Positions 17,275 through 25,771 of a stretch of DNA of 35,125 bases are shown here, piece after piece; the first letter of the stretch is position 1; each line of letters begins with the position of its first letter. Source of the DNA: Candidatus Fermentibacterota bacterium (GTDB taxonomy: Bacteria > JAFGKV01); the NCBI GenBank assembly GCA_016928395.1, contig JAFGKV010000038.1, forward strand, positions 1 through 35,125, given 5' to 3'. Under the pieces are notes generated by a model. That model searched no databases and was not told where the DNA came from. It saw only the letters and a list, made by a program, of their open reading frames with translations. Made by a program: the position numbers and the translations under genes.

Positions 17275-19092
17275 ATGAACACCATGAAAGCTCATTCGAC
17301 GGAGATGTTCGGAAAGAAGATAGGGAGCAGCTGCGTATGGCGCGCATCCGGTGTGGTGTCCGCGCAGATGTGCGAGTCATCCCCGGATAGCTGCGAGGGG
17401 TGCCCGATCTATACGCGCCTTGGCAAGGCGGCATCTCATAGGCAGACTCAGTTTTTCGGCCGCGACTACTTTGATTCGTGCTCGGTCAATGCCTGCGCCG
17501 TCCCAGGCCAGTCGTGCCCGTTCGCGGGACCGTGCATGGCGAATTGGTCGCGGACCAACACTCCGGCGCTGCGGATGCTGACGATGATCGGGATCGGGGC
17601 TCTGTCCATTGGCGAGAACGCATCACTGATCCAGCAGACAACCCGTCGCACCGGTTTGCACGCGGATCTGGTGAGCAGGGTGTTCCAGTTGAGGAACCTG
17701 GTCATGCTGGGGCCTGAGTCGGGGCTGTCTCCCTCTGATCTCGCCCTGTTTACCGCAGAGGAACAGTTCGCCATGGTTGCCGCCGCGTCGTTTCTCGACT
17801 GCCTCGATTCCCTGGATGTGGCCGCGTTTGCCGAAGCCATGATGGAACGCGTACTCCAGCACGGAAACGGATCGCCTTCGCTTTCCGTGAAGCACGATCC
17901 TCCCGACCTGCGGGAGACTCTTCTCGCCCTGCAGGGTTTGGCCGTCTTGGATGTGCTCCCCGCGTTCGACATCGAGATTCTCGGCGAAATCCATGCCGGC
18001 ATGGCTGCCCTGCCGTACCCCTCTATGGCGTTGGCCCAGATGGCCCTCGCCCTTCAGAGGGCCATACAACCCGCGACCTTCAAATCGCCCGCCCTCGAAC
18101 AGAGAACCGTGGAACGCGCCGCCACTCTCGTCACGTTCGCCGATTGGCTGATGGGCAGCGTCTATGACGGTCAGCCGGTCACCTTCCCCGAATTGGCATC
18201 GGCCGTCATCGTGACCCGAACCTTGGGGGCGGTTCCCGACGATGGGGCGATCCCCGCCGGTCGTCTGCTGAAGGCCGAGCTGCTCCGAATGGTCGGAAAT
18301 GAGCGACTGGATATGAGCGGGGCGCACTCGCTGCTGGCAGGGATCGTGGCCTCCGGCGTAAAGCTCGACCCCGACGAGCGCACCGCATTTTCCCGGGCGG
18401 TGGTGCTCTCGTTCCAGGCCCATTTCACGAAACTCGGAGACATGCGGGCCGATCCGGTGTCGCTGATCGCCTACCTGGGGGCCGACAACCTAGTTCGTGA
18501 CCGCAGCCAGTTCGCGGCCATCGCGTCCATGGAGGCGCCCGAGGTCGAGGCCGATCCTGCATTGCTGGGATGCGAGCTTCCGGTCGATCGTTTCTACACC
18601 CGCGGGCATACCTGGATGCACCCGAGTCGAGACGGCGCCCTGCGGGTGGGACTTGACGATCTGGCGGGCCACTTGATCGGTCAGGTCGACGCAATCGAGA
18701 TGCCCGAGCCGGGGAGCCAGTTGCGCCGAGGGAAGCCGGCGCTGCGTTTGATCCGAGGCGGCGAGTCCGTCGACGTATGTGCGCCGATGGACGGCGAAGT
18801 GGTCCTCGTCAACCAGGCGATCATCGACGCCCCCGGCATTCTGCCGGATCAGCCCTACGACGGCGGGTGGCTGTTGTCCATTCGTCCCAAGGTGTCTGGA
18901 GGCAGTCTTTCAGGCCTGCTCTTCGGGGAGAATGCCCGAGAATGGCAGACGACGGAGGCGCGGCGGCTCCAAGAGATGTTCCAGGGCGACATGGCCACTG
19001 CCGCCGACGGCGCAACGCTGGCTCGCGACGCGCTGGCCACCATTCCCGGTGTTCGGTGGTCCAAGGTACTCCGCGCGTTCCTTACGCCGTAA
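17275..19092 (+). CDS. Cys-rich N-terminus, unknown helical region and C-terminal GcvH-like domain lacking the lipoyl lysine
   Basis: FYTRGHTW, LRVGLDDLA, APMDGEVVLVN, PYDGGWL; IRGG where GcvH has ESVK; N-terminal CVWRASGVVSAQMC-x6-CEGC. Confidence 0.8.
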   Translation: MNTMKAHSTEMFGKKIGSSCVWRASGVVSAQMCESSPDSCEGCPIYTRLGKAASHRQTQFFGRDYFDSCSVNACAVPGQSCPFAGPCMANWSRTNTPALRMLTMIGIGALSIGENASLIQQTTRRTGLHADLVSRVFQLRNLVMLGPESGLSPSDLALFTAEEQFAMVAAASFLDCLDSLDVAAFAEAMMERVLQHGNGSPSLSVKHDPPDLRETLLALQGLAVLDVLPAFDIEILGEIHAGMAALPYPSMALAQMALALQRAIQPATFKSPALEQRTVERAATLVTFADWLMGSVYDGQPVTFPELASAVIVTRTLGAVPDDGAIPAGRLLKAELLRMVGNERLDMSGAHSLLAGIVASGVKLDPDERTAFSRAVVLSFQAHFTKLGDMRADPVSLIAYLGADNLVRDRSQFAAIASMEAPEVEADPALLGCELPVDRFYTRGHTWMHPSRDGALRVGLDDLAGHLIGQVDAIEMPEPGSQLRRGKPALRLIRGGESVDVCAPMDGEVVLVNQAIIDAPGILPDQPYDGGWLLSIRPKVSGGSLSGLLFGENAREWQTTEARRLQEMFQGDMATAADGATLARDALATIPGVRWSKVLRAFLTP

Positions 19093-19624
19093 GGAAGTCG
19101 TCGAGCAGTATCCGGCAGTACCGGCACAACTGAGTGGACTTGGCGTCGATGCGCGCCATTTCCCGGGATGCGGTCATCACACAGGAGGGATCCGCGCAGT
19201 GGGTAAGGCCGAAGGTGTGGCCAAGCTCGTGGATCCCTTCCTTGATGACCCGGCTGATGAACAGGGGACGATCACACGGGGGTTGGGTTCCCCGCGACAG
19301 GTTGCCGAGGCGGTGTGTGGACACAATGGCGGCCTTTCCCGGGAGCATGGCCTCTCCGAAGATGTAGCGCAGGATGGGCGTGAAGAGGTCGGCAGTCGTA
19401 ATGCCCAGCAGCCGGACGGCATCGCGGTCTGACGAGGCGAGGTGCTCCAGGATGCGCGTGGCCTGATACTGTCCCCTGTGCATGTCCAGCGCGGAGACCG
19501 GCAGCTTCTCGGCGGCGCCGATGCGGCACTGGAAGGGATACGTCGTGGGAACCTCGGCACACAGGGATGAGAGAAGCTCCTGGTCCGTGATGTCCAGGGC
19601 GACAAGCTCAATGACGGAACTCAT
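19082..19624 (-). CDS. amzA: Archaemetzincin-family zinc metalloprotease
   Basis: RGQY, DLF..ILRYIFGEA, HELGHTFGLTHC, CVM Met-turn, CRYC. Confidence 0.92.
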   Translation of the reverse strand: MSSVIELVALDITDQELLSSLCAEVPTTYPFQCRIGAAEKLPVSALDMHRGQYQATRILEHLASSDRDAVRLLGITTADLFTPILRYIFGEAMLPGKAAIVSTHRLGNLSRGTQPPCDRPLFISRVIKEGIHELGHTFGLTHCADPSCVMTASREMARIDAKSTQLCRYCRILLDDFLTA

Positions 19625-20967
19625 CGCTCACGGGAGAGCTCGTACTTCTTGATCTTGGCGTACAGCGTCCCCCTGTCGATCTTCAATGCCTCGGCGGTAC
19701 GACTGATATTCCAGTCGTACTGCTCGAGCTTTCTGGCGATGAAGTCCCGCTCCCAGGAGTCGAGAGACTCATCCGCCGGCACGGCGATGTCGCTCTGCAG
19801 TGCGATGGGCAGGTCGTCGGGCATGATCCGCTTCTGTTTGCCCACCACCAGCGCACGCTCGATGGCGTTCTCCAGTTCCCGAACATTGCCGGGCCACGCA
19901 TGATTCAGTAAGAGCTGCATGGCTTCAGGAGAGATTGAGCCAACCCTCCTGTTCAAGCGTATGCACAGCTTCTCCAGGAAATGCTCGACCAAAGCCGGGA
20001 TGTCCTCCCTGCGCTCACGCAGGGGCGGTATGTGAATCTGAATGACGTTCAGACGGTAGTAGAGGTCGTGACGGAAGAGCCCTTCCTTCGCGGCCTGCTC
20101 CAAGTCGCGGTTGGTGGCGGCGAGGACCCGGAAATCAGTCTTCACATCCTTGACGCCTCCCACTCGCCGGAAGACCCGCTCCTGGAGCACTCGAAGAAGA
20201 TCGATCTGCATCTTCGGGCTGGCATCACCGATTTCGTCCAGGAAGAGCGTACCCCCCGCGGCAATCTCCAGTAGCCCTTGTTTGGATCTATCGGCCCCGG
20301 TGAAGGCGCCTCTTTCGTAGCCGAAGACCTCACTCTCCAGGAGCGATTCGGTGAAGGCGCCGAAGTTGACGCCGACGAAGAGCCCGTCGGAACGGGAACT
20401 CTTTTCGTGAATCGTGCGCGCCAGCACCTCCTTGCCCGTGCCGCTCTCTCCGGATAGCAGCACCACCGAGTCGGTGGCTGAAACATCCTCCACCAGCTCA
20501 AACACCTTCACCATGGCGGGTGATCGCCCGATCATCGGGCCATAGCTTCCGCACCTTCTTACCTCTTGTTTGAGCATCATGTGCTCTCGCCGGATGACCT
20601 GCTCATCAAGGATCCGCTCGATGAGCAGCCCGATCTCCATGGGATCGAATGGTTTCACCACATAGTCAACAGCACCCAGCTTCATGGCGCGCACCGCGGA
20701 GTCAATGGATCCGTATGCGGTCATCATGAGCACGGGAGTGTCGGGGTCTTCCTCTTTCACCCGCTCCAGCATCTCTATCCCGCTCATTCCGGGCATCTTG
20801 ATATCGACAATCAGCAGATCGAATGACTCTGTCCTGAGCATCTCCAGGCCCGGTTCCGCGGCCTCGGCTACCTCCATCTGGTAGCCGTCTCGTCGGAGCA
20901 GATCCCCCAGAGAGATGCGAATGGAGAGCTCATCATCCACCACGAGTATCTTTGTCTTCCTTCGCAT
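19621..20967 (-). CDS. Sigma-54-dependent response regulator (NtrC/AtoC/ZraR family)
   Basis: Receiver VDDE/DIKMP/KPF, GESGTGKE, GAFTGA, LFLDEIG, WPGNVREL, Fis-type HTH. Confidence 0.96.
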   Translation of the reverse strand: MRRKTKILVVDDELSIRISLGDLLRRDGYQMEVAEAAEPGLEMLRTESFDLLIVDIKMPGMSGIEMLERVKEEDPDTPVLMMTAYGSIDSAVRAMKLGAVDYVVKPFDPMEIGLLIERILDEQVIRREHMMLKQEVRRCGSYGPMIGRSPAMVKVFELVEDVSATDSVVLLSGESGTGKEVLARTIHEKSSRSDGLFVGVNFGAFTESLLESEVFGYERGAFTGADRSKQGLLEIAAGGTLFLDEIGDASPKMQIDLLRVLQERVFRRVGGVKDVKTDFRVLAATNRDLEQAAKEGLFRHDLYYRLNVIQIHIPPLRERREDIPALVEHFLEKLCIRLNRRVGSISPEAMQLLLNHAWPGNVRELENAIERALVVGKQKRIMPDDLPIALQSDIAVPADESLDSWERDFIARKLEQYDWNISRTAEALKIDRGTLYAKIKKYELSRER

Positions 20968-21014
20968 GGTCTAGATCTCCTCCGCCGGTGGCGCCGCGGG
21001 GGATGAAGCGACTG

Positions 21015-22937
21015 TCAATCAGACGCCACGGGCAGCGTGAACGTGAACGTGGATCCGTGTCCCTCGCGGCTCGTCACCTTCATGGTTCCGCCATGTTGGC
21101 GGATGATACCGTAGCTCACACTCAATCCCAGGCCGGTTCCCTGCCCCACCGGCTTGGTGGTGAAGAATGGATCAAAGATCATCGAAAGATGCGCTTCCTT
21201 GATGCCGCAGCCCGTATCCGTGATCGAGACCACCACCTCATCGTCTTCCTCCCTTGAGGAAATAGTCAGCGTGCCTCCCTCGGGCATGGCCTCACAGGCA
21301 TTGAGTGAGAGATTCACCAGTACCTGCTGGATCTGATTGGCGTCGGCCTGCACCGCCCGAAGACCCGGCGTGAGCCGCTCTTCTATGGCGAGCTTGTGAC
21401 ATTCCCGCTGATTGCGCAAGAGCAGCAGCCATCTGTGGATGACCTCGTTCACATCAAGCCGAGTCATCTCGCCGGGCGACTCCCGGGCAAAATCCAAGAG
21501 CCCCCGAACGATCTCTCGAATCCGGGAGGTCTCCTTGTGCATGATCTCGAGGTACTCCCGGCCCTTCGGGGTGATTCCCGCTTCGCTCTTCAACAGGTGC
21601 ACGAAGGTGAGCAACCCGGTGAGGGGGTTGTTGATTTCGTGGGCGATGCCCGCCGCCATCCGCCCGACCGAGGCCAGTTTCTCGCTCTGCCCGATCTGTC
21701 TGAGGGCTCTCTGTTCAAGAGCCTCCTCTCTCTCCGCCACGGCGTCGGCCATTTGATTGATCGCCCGACAGAGAAGACCCATCTCCCCCGGAGGATTCAT
21801 CCTCACCCGGGCCGAAAGATCTCCCTTTGCCACCCGGTCGGACATCTCGACTATCCGGCCGATGGGCCGAAGCACCGATCTGCTGGCCAGAGTCAGCAAA
21901 AGCAGGCTCAGCACCGTGGTCGCCGCGACCACCACGAGAAACGACCCGATGGCCACCCTGCGCGTGTGGACGAACGGCGTCTCCAGCATGCCGACCCCAA
22001 GGGCGCCAATGACTTGGCCTTCAGCATCCACGATGGGCTCATACGCGGTGATGTACCACTCATCCACCACCAGCGCCCGATCCGCCCAATTCTGCTCTCT
22101 CTCCAGCACTCTTCTGTTGACTTCCGGGCTCAGACGCGTGCCGATGGCCCGTGAGCCGTCTTCGTTCTTCATGCTGGTGGTAATTCTGAGGCCCCCCTGG
22201 AACACGGTTGCGGCTCCGGCCGCGACGCCCCGGTAGGTGTCGTCCTGGAACAGGTCCCCCTTGATCTCGTCGACGATCTCGTAACTCTGATTTAGAAGTC
22301 TGGCTCCGTAGAGGAAGCCGACGCATTCCCCTCCCCGTTCCAGGTCCACCAACGTGACAGCCGCCCCGATGACCATGCCATCGCGGTATGCCTCTTCTTC
22401 GCCGGCGGGGGTGATCGAATCGCCGGCTGCTTTCAGGGACGTCTGCCGCGAGAGGCTCTCTCCTTCTCTCACCAGGTTCTCCCACGGGATGATCGCGGTG
22501 CCCCTGACGCACTTCTTCTCCCGCAGAGCTCGGGAGACTATGGGATTGTATGAGGCGTCATCCCCTGCCTCAGCCGGGTTGTTCTCGCGGTAGATAACGC
22601 GGCCGCTTGTGTCCAGCAGGGAGAGCATATCCAGCTTTCCCTCCTGACGGATATGCTGCAACAGCCTCTGCAGCTCGGCGCGGTCCCAGCTCGCCAGCGG
22701 GGTGGGGAGCGAGCGTCGCGCAGCCGTTGCCCGCAGGAGCAGACAGATGTCAGTGACATTCCGGTCGTAGAGTTTCCTGGCCGAGTTGAGGCCCACGCGC
22801 ACCCTGGTCTGAACCTCCTCGGTGAGCATGCCACTTACGCGAAGCAAGATCACCAGTGACAGGGCGGCATTGGTAAGCAGGATGATGGCGATCGAACCAA
22901 CAGTCAGTCGAAACCAGACAGACTTCTTCCAACTCAT
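21015..22937 (-). CDS. Sensor histidine kinase (TM, Cache-like, TM, HAMP, HisKA, HATPase)
   Basis: Two TM helices, RAIGT/YEPI Cache-like motifs, AHEINNPL H-box, NACEA, DTGCG, FFTTK, GTGLGLS. Confidence 0.95.
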   Translation of the reverse strand: MSWKKSVWFRLTVGSIAIILLTNAALSLVILLRVSGMLTEEVQTRVRVGLNSARKLYDRNVTDICLLLRATAARRSLPTPLASWDRAELQRLLQHIRQEGKLDMLSLLDTSGRVIYRENNPAEAGDDASYNPIVSRALREKKCVRGTAIIPWENLVREGESLSRQTSLKAAGDSITPAGEEEAYRDGMVIGAAVTLVDLERGGECVGFLYGARLLNQSYEIVDEIKGDLFQDDTYRGVAAGAATVFQGGLRITTSMKNEDGSRAIGTRLSPEVNRRVLEREQNWADRALVVDEWYITAYEPIVDAEGQVIGALGVGMLETPFVHTRRVAIGSFLVVVAATTVLSLLLLTLASRSVLRPIGRIVEMSDRVAKGDLSARVRMNPPGEMGLLCRAINQMADAVAEREEALEQRALRQIGQSEKLASVGRMAAGIAHEINNPLTGLLTFVHLLKSEAGITPKGREYLEIMHKETSRIREIVRGLLDFARESPGEMTRLDVNEVIHRWLLLLRNQRECHKLAIEERLTPGLRAVQADANQIQQVLVNLSLNACEAMPEGGTLTISSREEDDEVVVSITDTGCGIKEAHLSMIFDPFFTTKPVGQGTGLGLSVSYGIIRQHGGTMKVTSREGHGSTFTFTLPVASD

Positions 22938-23000
22938 TCGCCAGGGCCCCCAGAGCCGTGTCTTTCGAGAGGTGTGCTCAGTTTGACTATTCGATTCGCC

Positions 23001-24872
23001 TCAGTGTACGATTACCGCGTCGTGAGGGCACACGTCGCGGCAGATGCCGCATTTGATGCACAGATCGACGGCGATGCTGTGGGGTTTCTTGTTCTCGCCG
23101 GAGATGGCGTCCTGGGGGCAGTTCCTCGCGCACAGGGTGCAGCCGGTGCACCTGGCTGGATCGATGGAGTACGTGATCAACGCCTTGCACACTCCAGCGG
23201 GGCATCGCTTCTCGCGCACGTGGGCTTCGTACTCGTCCCGGAAGTACCGGAGGGTGCTCAAGACGGGATTGGGAGCCGAACCACCCAGGGCGCAGAGCGA
23301 GCATTCCTTCACCGTGTTGGACAGTTCCTCCAGCAGCGTGATCGTGTGTTCATCGGCCTCGCCATTGCAGATATCGTTGAGCAAGGTGCTGATCTGGGTA
23401 AGGCCCTCGCGGCAGGGCAGACACTTGCCGCACGACTCCCCAATGAGGAAATCGATGAAGTATCGGGCGATGTCAACCATGCAATCGGTCTCATCCATCA
23501 CGATCATGCCGCCTGATCCCATCATCGAGCCGACCCTCGTGAGTTGATCGAAGTCAACCGGCAAGTCGAGCAGTTCTTCCGGGATCACTCCCCCTGAGGG
23601 GCCCCCCGTCTGTACGGCCTTGAACTTCTTCCCTTTGGGGATTCCGCCCCCGATGTCGAACACGATCTCCCGCAAGGTGATCCCCATGGGGACTTCCACG
23701 AGCCCAGTGTTGTGGACCTTGCCCACCAGGGAAAAGACCTTGGTTCCCTTGCTGCCGCCCCAGGGGTTCTCGGAGACGTCACCCGTGCCGATGGAGGTGA
23801 ACCATTGGGCGCCTCGGAGGATGATCGGGGGTACGTTGGCGTAGGTTTCCACGTTGTTCAAATTGGTGGGGCGATCCCATAGTCCATGTTCGACCGTATG
23901 GATGTACTTGGCGCGCGGTTCACCGGGGCGCCCTTCCATGGAGGCCATCAGTGCGCTGGACTCGCCGCATACGAATGCTCCCGCCCCCCGGTGGATGCTG
24001 ACTTCAAAATCGAAGCCTCGGTCGAAGATGTTCTCTCCCAAGAGGCCGTATTCCCGCGCGTCGGCAATGGCCTTTTCCAGGCACTCTCGAGCCAGGGGAT
24101 ACTCATTGCGGATATACACATACCCCTTGCGGGCGCCGATGGCGTAGCCAGCGATGGCCATTCCCTCAAGCACCGCGTGCGGATCACACTCGATGATTGT
24201 GCGGTCCATGTATGCGCCCGGATCACCTTCGTCGGCATTGCAGACGATGTACTTGGGATGCCCGGGGGCCTCTCGGCAGGTCTTCCACTTGATGCCGGTC
24301 GGGAACCCACCGCCACCGCGCCCACGAAGTCCCGAGGCGATCAACTCCTGGATGACCTCTTCCGGCGTCATCGTGCTCAGCGCTGTGGACAATGCCCGGT
24401 AGCCATCTCGGACGATGTAGTCGTCGATAACCTCCGGATCAATGATGCCCCGATTGCGCAAAACCAGCAGACGCTGCTTGCCGAAAAAGCCAATCTCGCT
24501 GATCAACGGCACAGTGCCGGTCTGGGGTGGGAGTGTATGCACACGCTCTTGCAGCGGTCGTCCCTGGAGGACGTGCTCCTGGACGAGGCGCGGTACATCA
24601 TGCTCCGAAAGACCCTGATACACAATCTCCCCCGGGTTCACCACCATGACCGGGCCCTGACCGCAGTGCCCGCGGCAGCCACTCATGCCGATAGCGACCT
24701 CGTGGGACAAACCATGGCGGGTGATTTCCCGCTCGAGTGCCTCCTTGACTCTGTAGGAGCCTCGCCCCGCGCAATCGGTTCCAGCACACAGCATCATGTG
24801 TATGCGATAGCCGCCGGGTATTGCGTCTCCGGTAGTATCACGTCCCACGGTATCGTGTGGTGTCGCGCTCAT
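23001..24872 (-). CDS. NuoF/HydB-type NADH-oxidising flavoprotein subunit (FMN, 2Fe-2S, 4Fe-4S, C-terminal 2x4Fe-4S)
   Basis: LRGRGGGGFPTG, NADEGDPGAYMD, GAGAFVCGE, GGPSGG, ESCGKCLPCREG, two C-terminal CxxCxxCxxxCP motifs. Confidence 0.93.
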   Translation of the reverse strand: MSATPHDTVGRDTTGDAIPGGYRIHMMLCAGTDCAGRGSYRVKEALEREITRHGLSHEVAIGMSGCRGHCGQGPVMVVNPGEIVYQGLSEHDVPRLVQEHVLQGRPLQERVHTLPPQTGTVPLISEIGFFGKQRLLVLRNRGIIDPEVIDDYIVRDGYRALSTALSTMTPEEVIQELIASGLRGRGGGGFPTGIKWKTCREAPGHPKYIVCNADEGDPGAYMDRTIIECDPHAVLEGMAIAGYAIGARKGYVYIRNEYPLARECLEKAIADAREYGLLGENIFDRGFDFEVSIHRGAGAFVCGESSALMASMEGRPGEPRAKYIHTVEHGLWDRPTNLNNVETYANVPPIILRGAQWFTSIGTGDVSENPWGGSKGTKVFSLVGKVHNTGLVEVPMGITLREIVFDIGGGIPKGKKFKAVQTGGPSGGVIPEELLDLPVDFDQLTRVGSMMGSGGMIVMDETDCMVDIARYFIDFLIGESCGKCLPCREGLTQISTLLNDICNGEADEHTITLLEELSNTVKECSLCALGGSAPNPVLSTLRYFRDEYEAHVREKRCPAGVCKALITYSIDPARCTGCTLCARNCPQDAISGENKKPHSIAVDLCIKCGICRDVCPHDAVIVH

Positions 24873-25252
24873 GCCGTATGCTCGCTTCCGATGCCCAGAG
24901 CGTATTCCTCGACGATAGAGCCTTCCAGAACATGACGGTCGAAGATCAGCCCCGCCTTCTTCTCATCGAGATCAACATACTTCACGGGGGCCTGGCCCAT
25001 GACCTGAACGGTGATCATCGGCTCTCGGCTGCAGTAGCCCGCACAGCCGGTGGAGGTAACGGTGACGTCACTGATGCCGGCGTCTTGCACGAGACGCATC
25101 ACCTCAGCCTTGATTCTCTGTGCGCCGGCGGAAATCCCGCAGGTGCCCAGGTGTACGGTGATTTTGACCCTGCCCGCGCCTTGCCCAACGGTCATGGCCT
25201 TCGTTCGCCTCGCCGCGATTGTCTCGAGATCTTCGATCTTCAGTTTGGGCAT
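24869..25252 (-). CDS. Thioredoxin-like [2Fe-2S] ferredoxin subunit (HydD/HndB-like)
   Basis: VHLGTCGISAGA, TGCAGYCSREP. Confidence 0.88.
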   Translation of the reverse strand: MPKLKIEDLETIAARRTKAMTVGQGAGRVKITVHLGTCGISAGAQRIKAEVMRLVQDAGISDVTVTSTGCAGYCSREPMITVQVMGQAPVKYVDLDEKKAGLIFDRHVLEGSIVEEYALGIGSEHTA

Positions 25253-25273
25253 TGATTGCCTCCGAAAAGGACC

Positions 25274-25771
25274 TCACGAGGACTGCGCATGCTTCCTCAG
25301 TTCTTCGACGATCTTGAGTGTCTTCACCGTCGAGGTATCGCCATGGACTTCGCCCGCCACGGTCACCACAGGTGCCAAGCCGCAGCATCCCAGGCAGCGC
25401 ACCGATTCCACGCTGAAAAGAAGATCCTGAGTCGCCTGGCCTTCGCGTTCCACCCCCAACTCGCGCATGACATTCTCCAGAATGCGCGACCCTCCCTTGA
25501 CATGGCAGGCAGTGCCGGTACACACGGCAATGGGATACTTTCCTCGAGGCTCCAGCGTGAATCCCTTGTAGAAGGTGGCGATGTGGAACACTCGATTCAA
25601 CGGTACATCCAATTCCTCGGAGAGTCGTCGAGCTGCCTCTTCAGGAATATGGCGATAGTGTTCCTGCACGTCTTGGAGCATCTCGATCAAGTAGCTGCTG
25701 TCGCGCTTCCAGCGATCCATGATTTCATCGAGCGGTGTATCGTACACCTGATTCGCCAACGGTTGTTTCAT
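25274..25771 (-). CDS. NuoE/HydC-type [2Fe-2S] subunit
   Basis: LQDVQ, ATFY, CTGTACHVKG, CLGCCGLAP. Confidence 0.93.
   Translation of the reverse strand: MKQPLANQVYDTPLDEIMDRWKRDSSYLIEMLQDVQEHYRHIPEEAARRLSEELDVPLNRVFHIATFYKGFTLEPRGKYPIAVCTGTACHVKGGSRILENVMRELGVEREGQATQDLLFSVESVRCLGCCGLAPVVTVAGEVHGDTSTVKTLKIVEELRKHAQSS

Noticed and set aside
14730-24935. Long antisense or alternate-frame ORFs (e.g. 14794-15939 minus, 23886-24935 plus, 16520-17128 minus)
   Set aside because: These are shadow ORFs of well-supported genes in high-GC DNA and carry no motifs.
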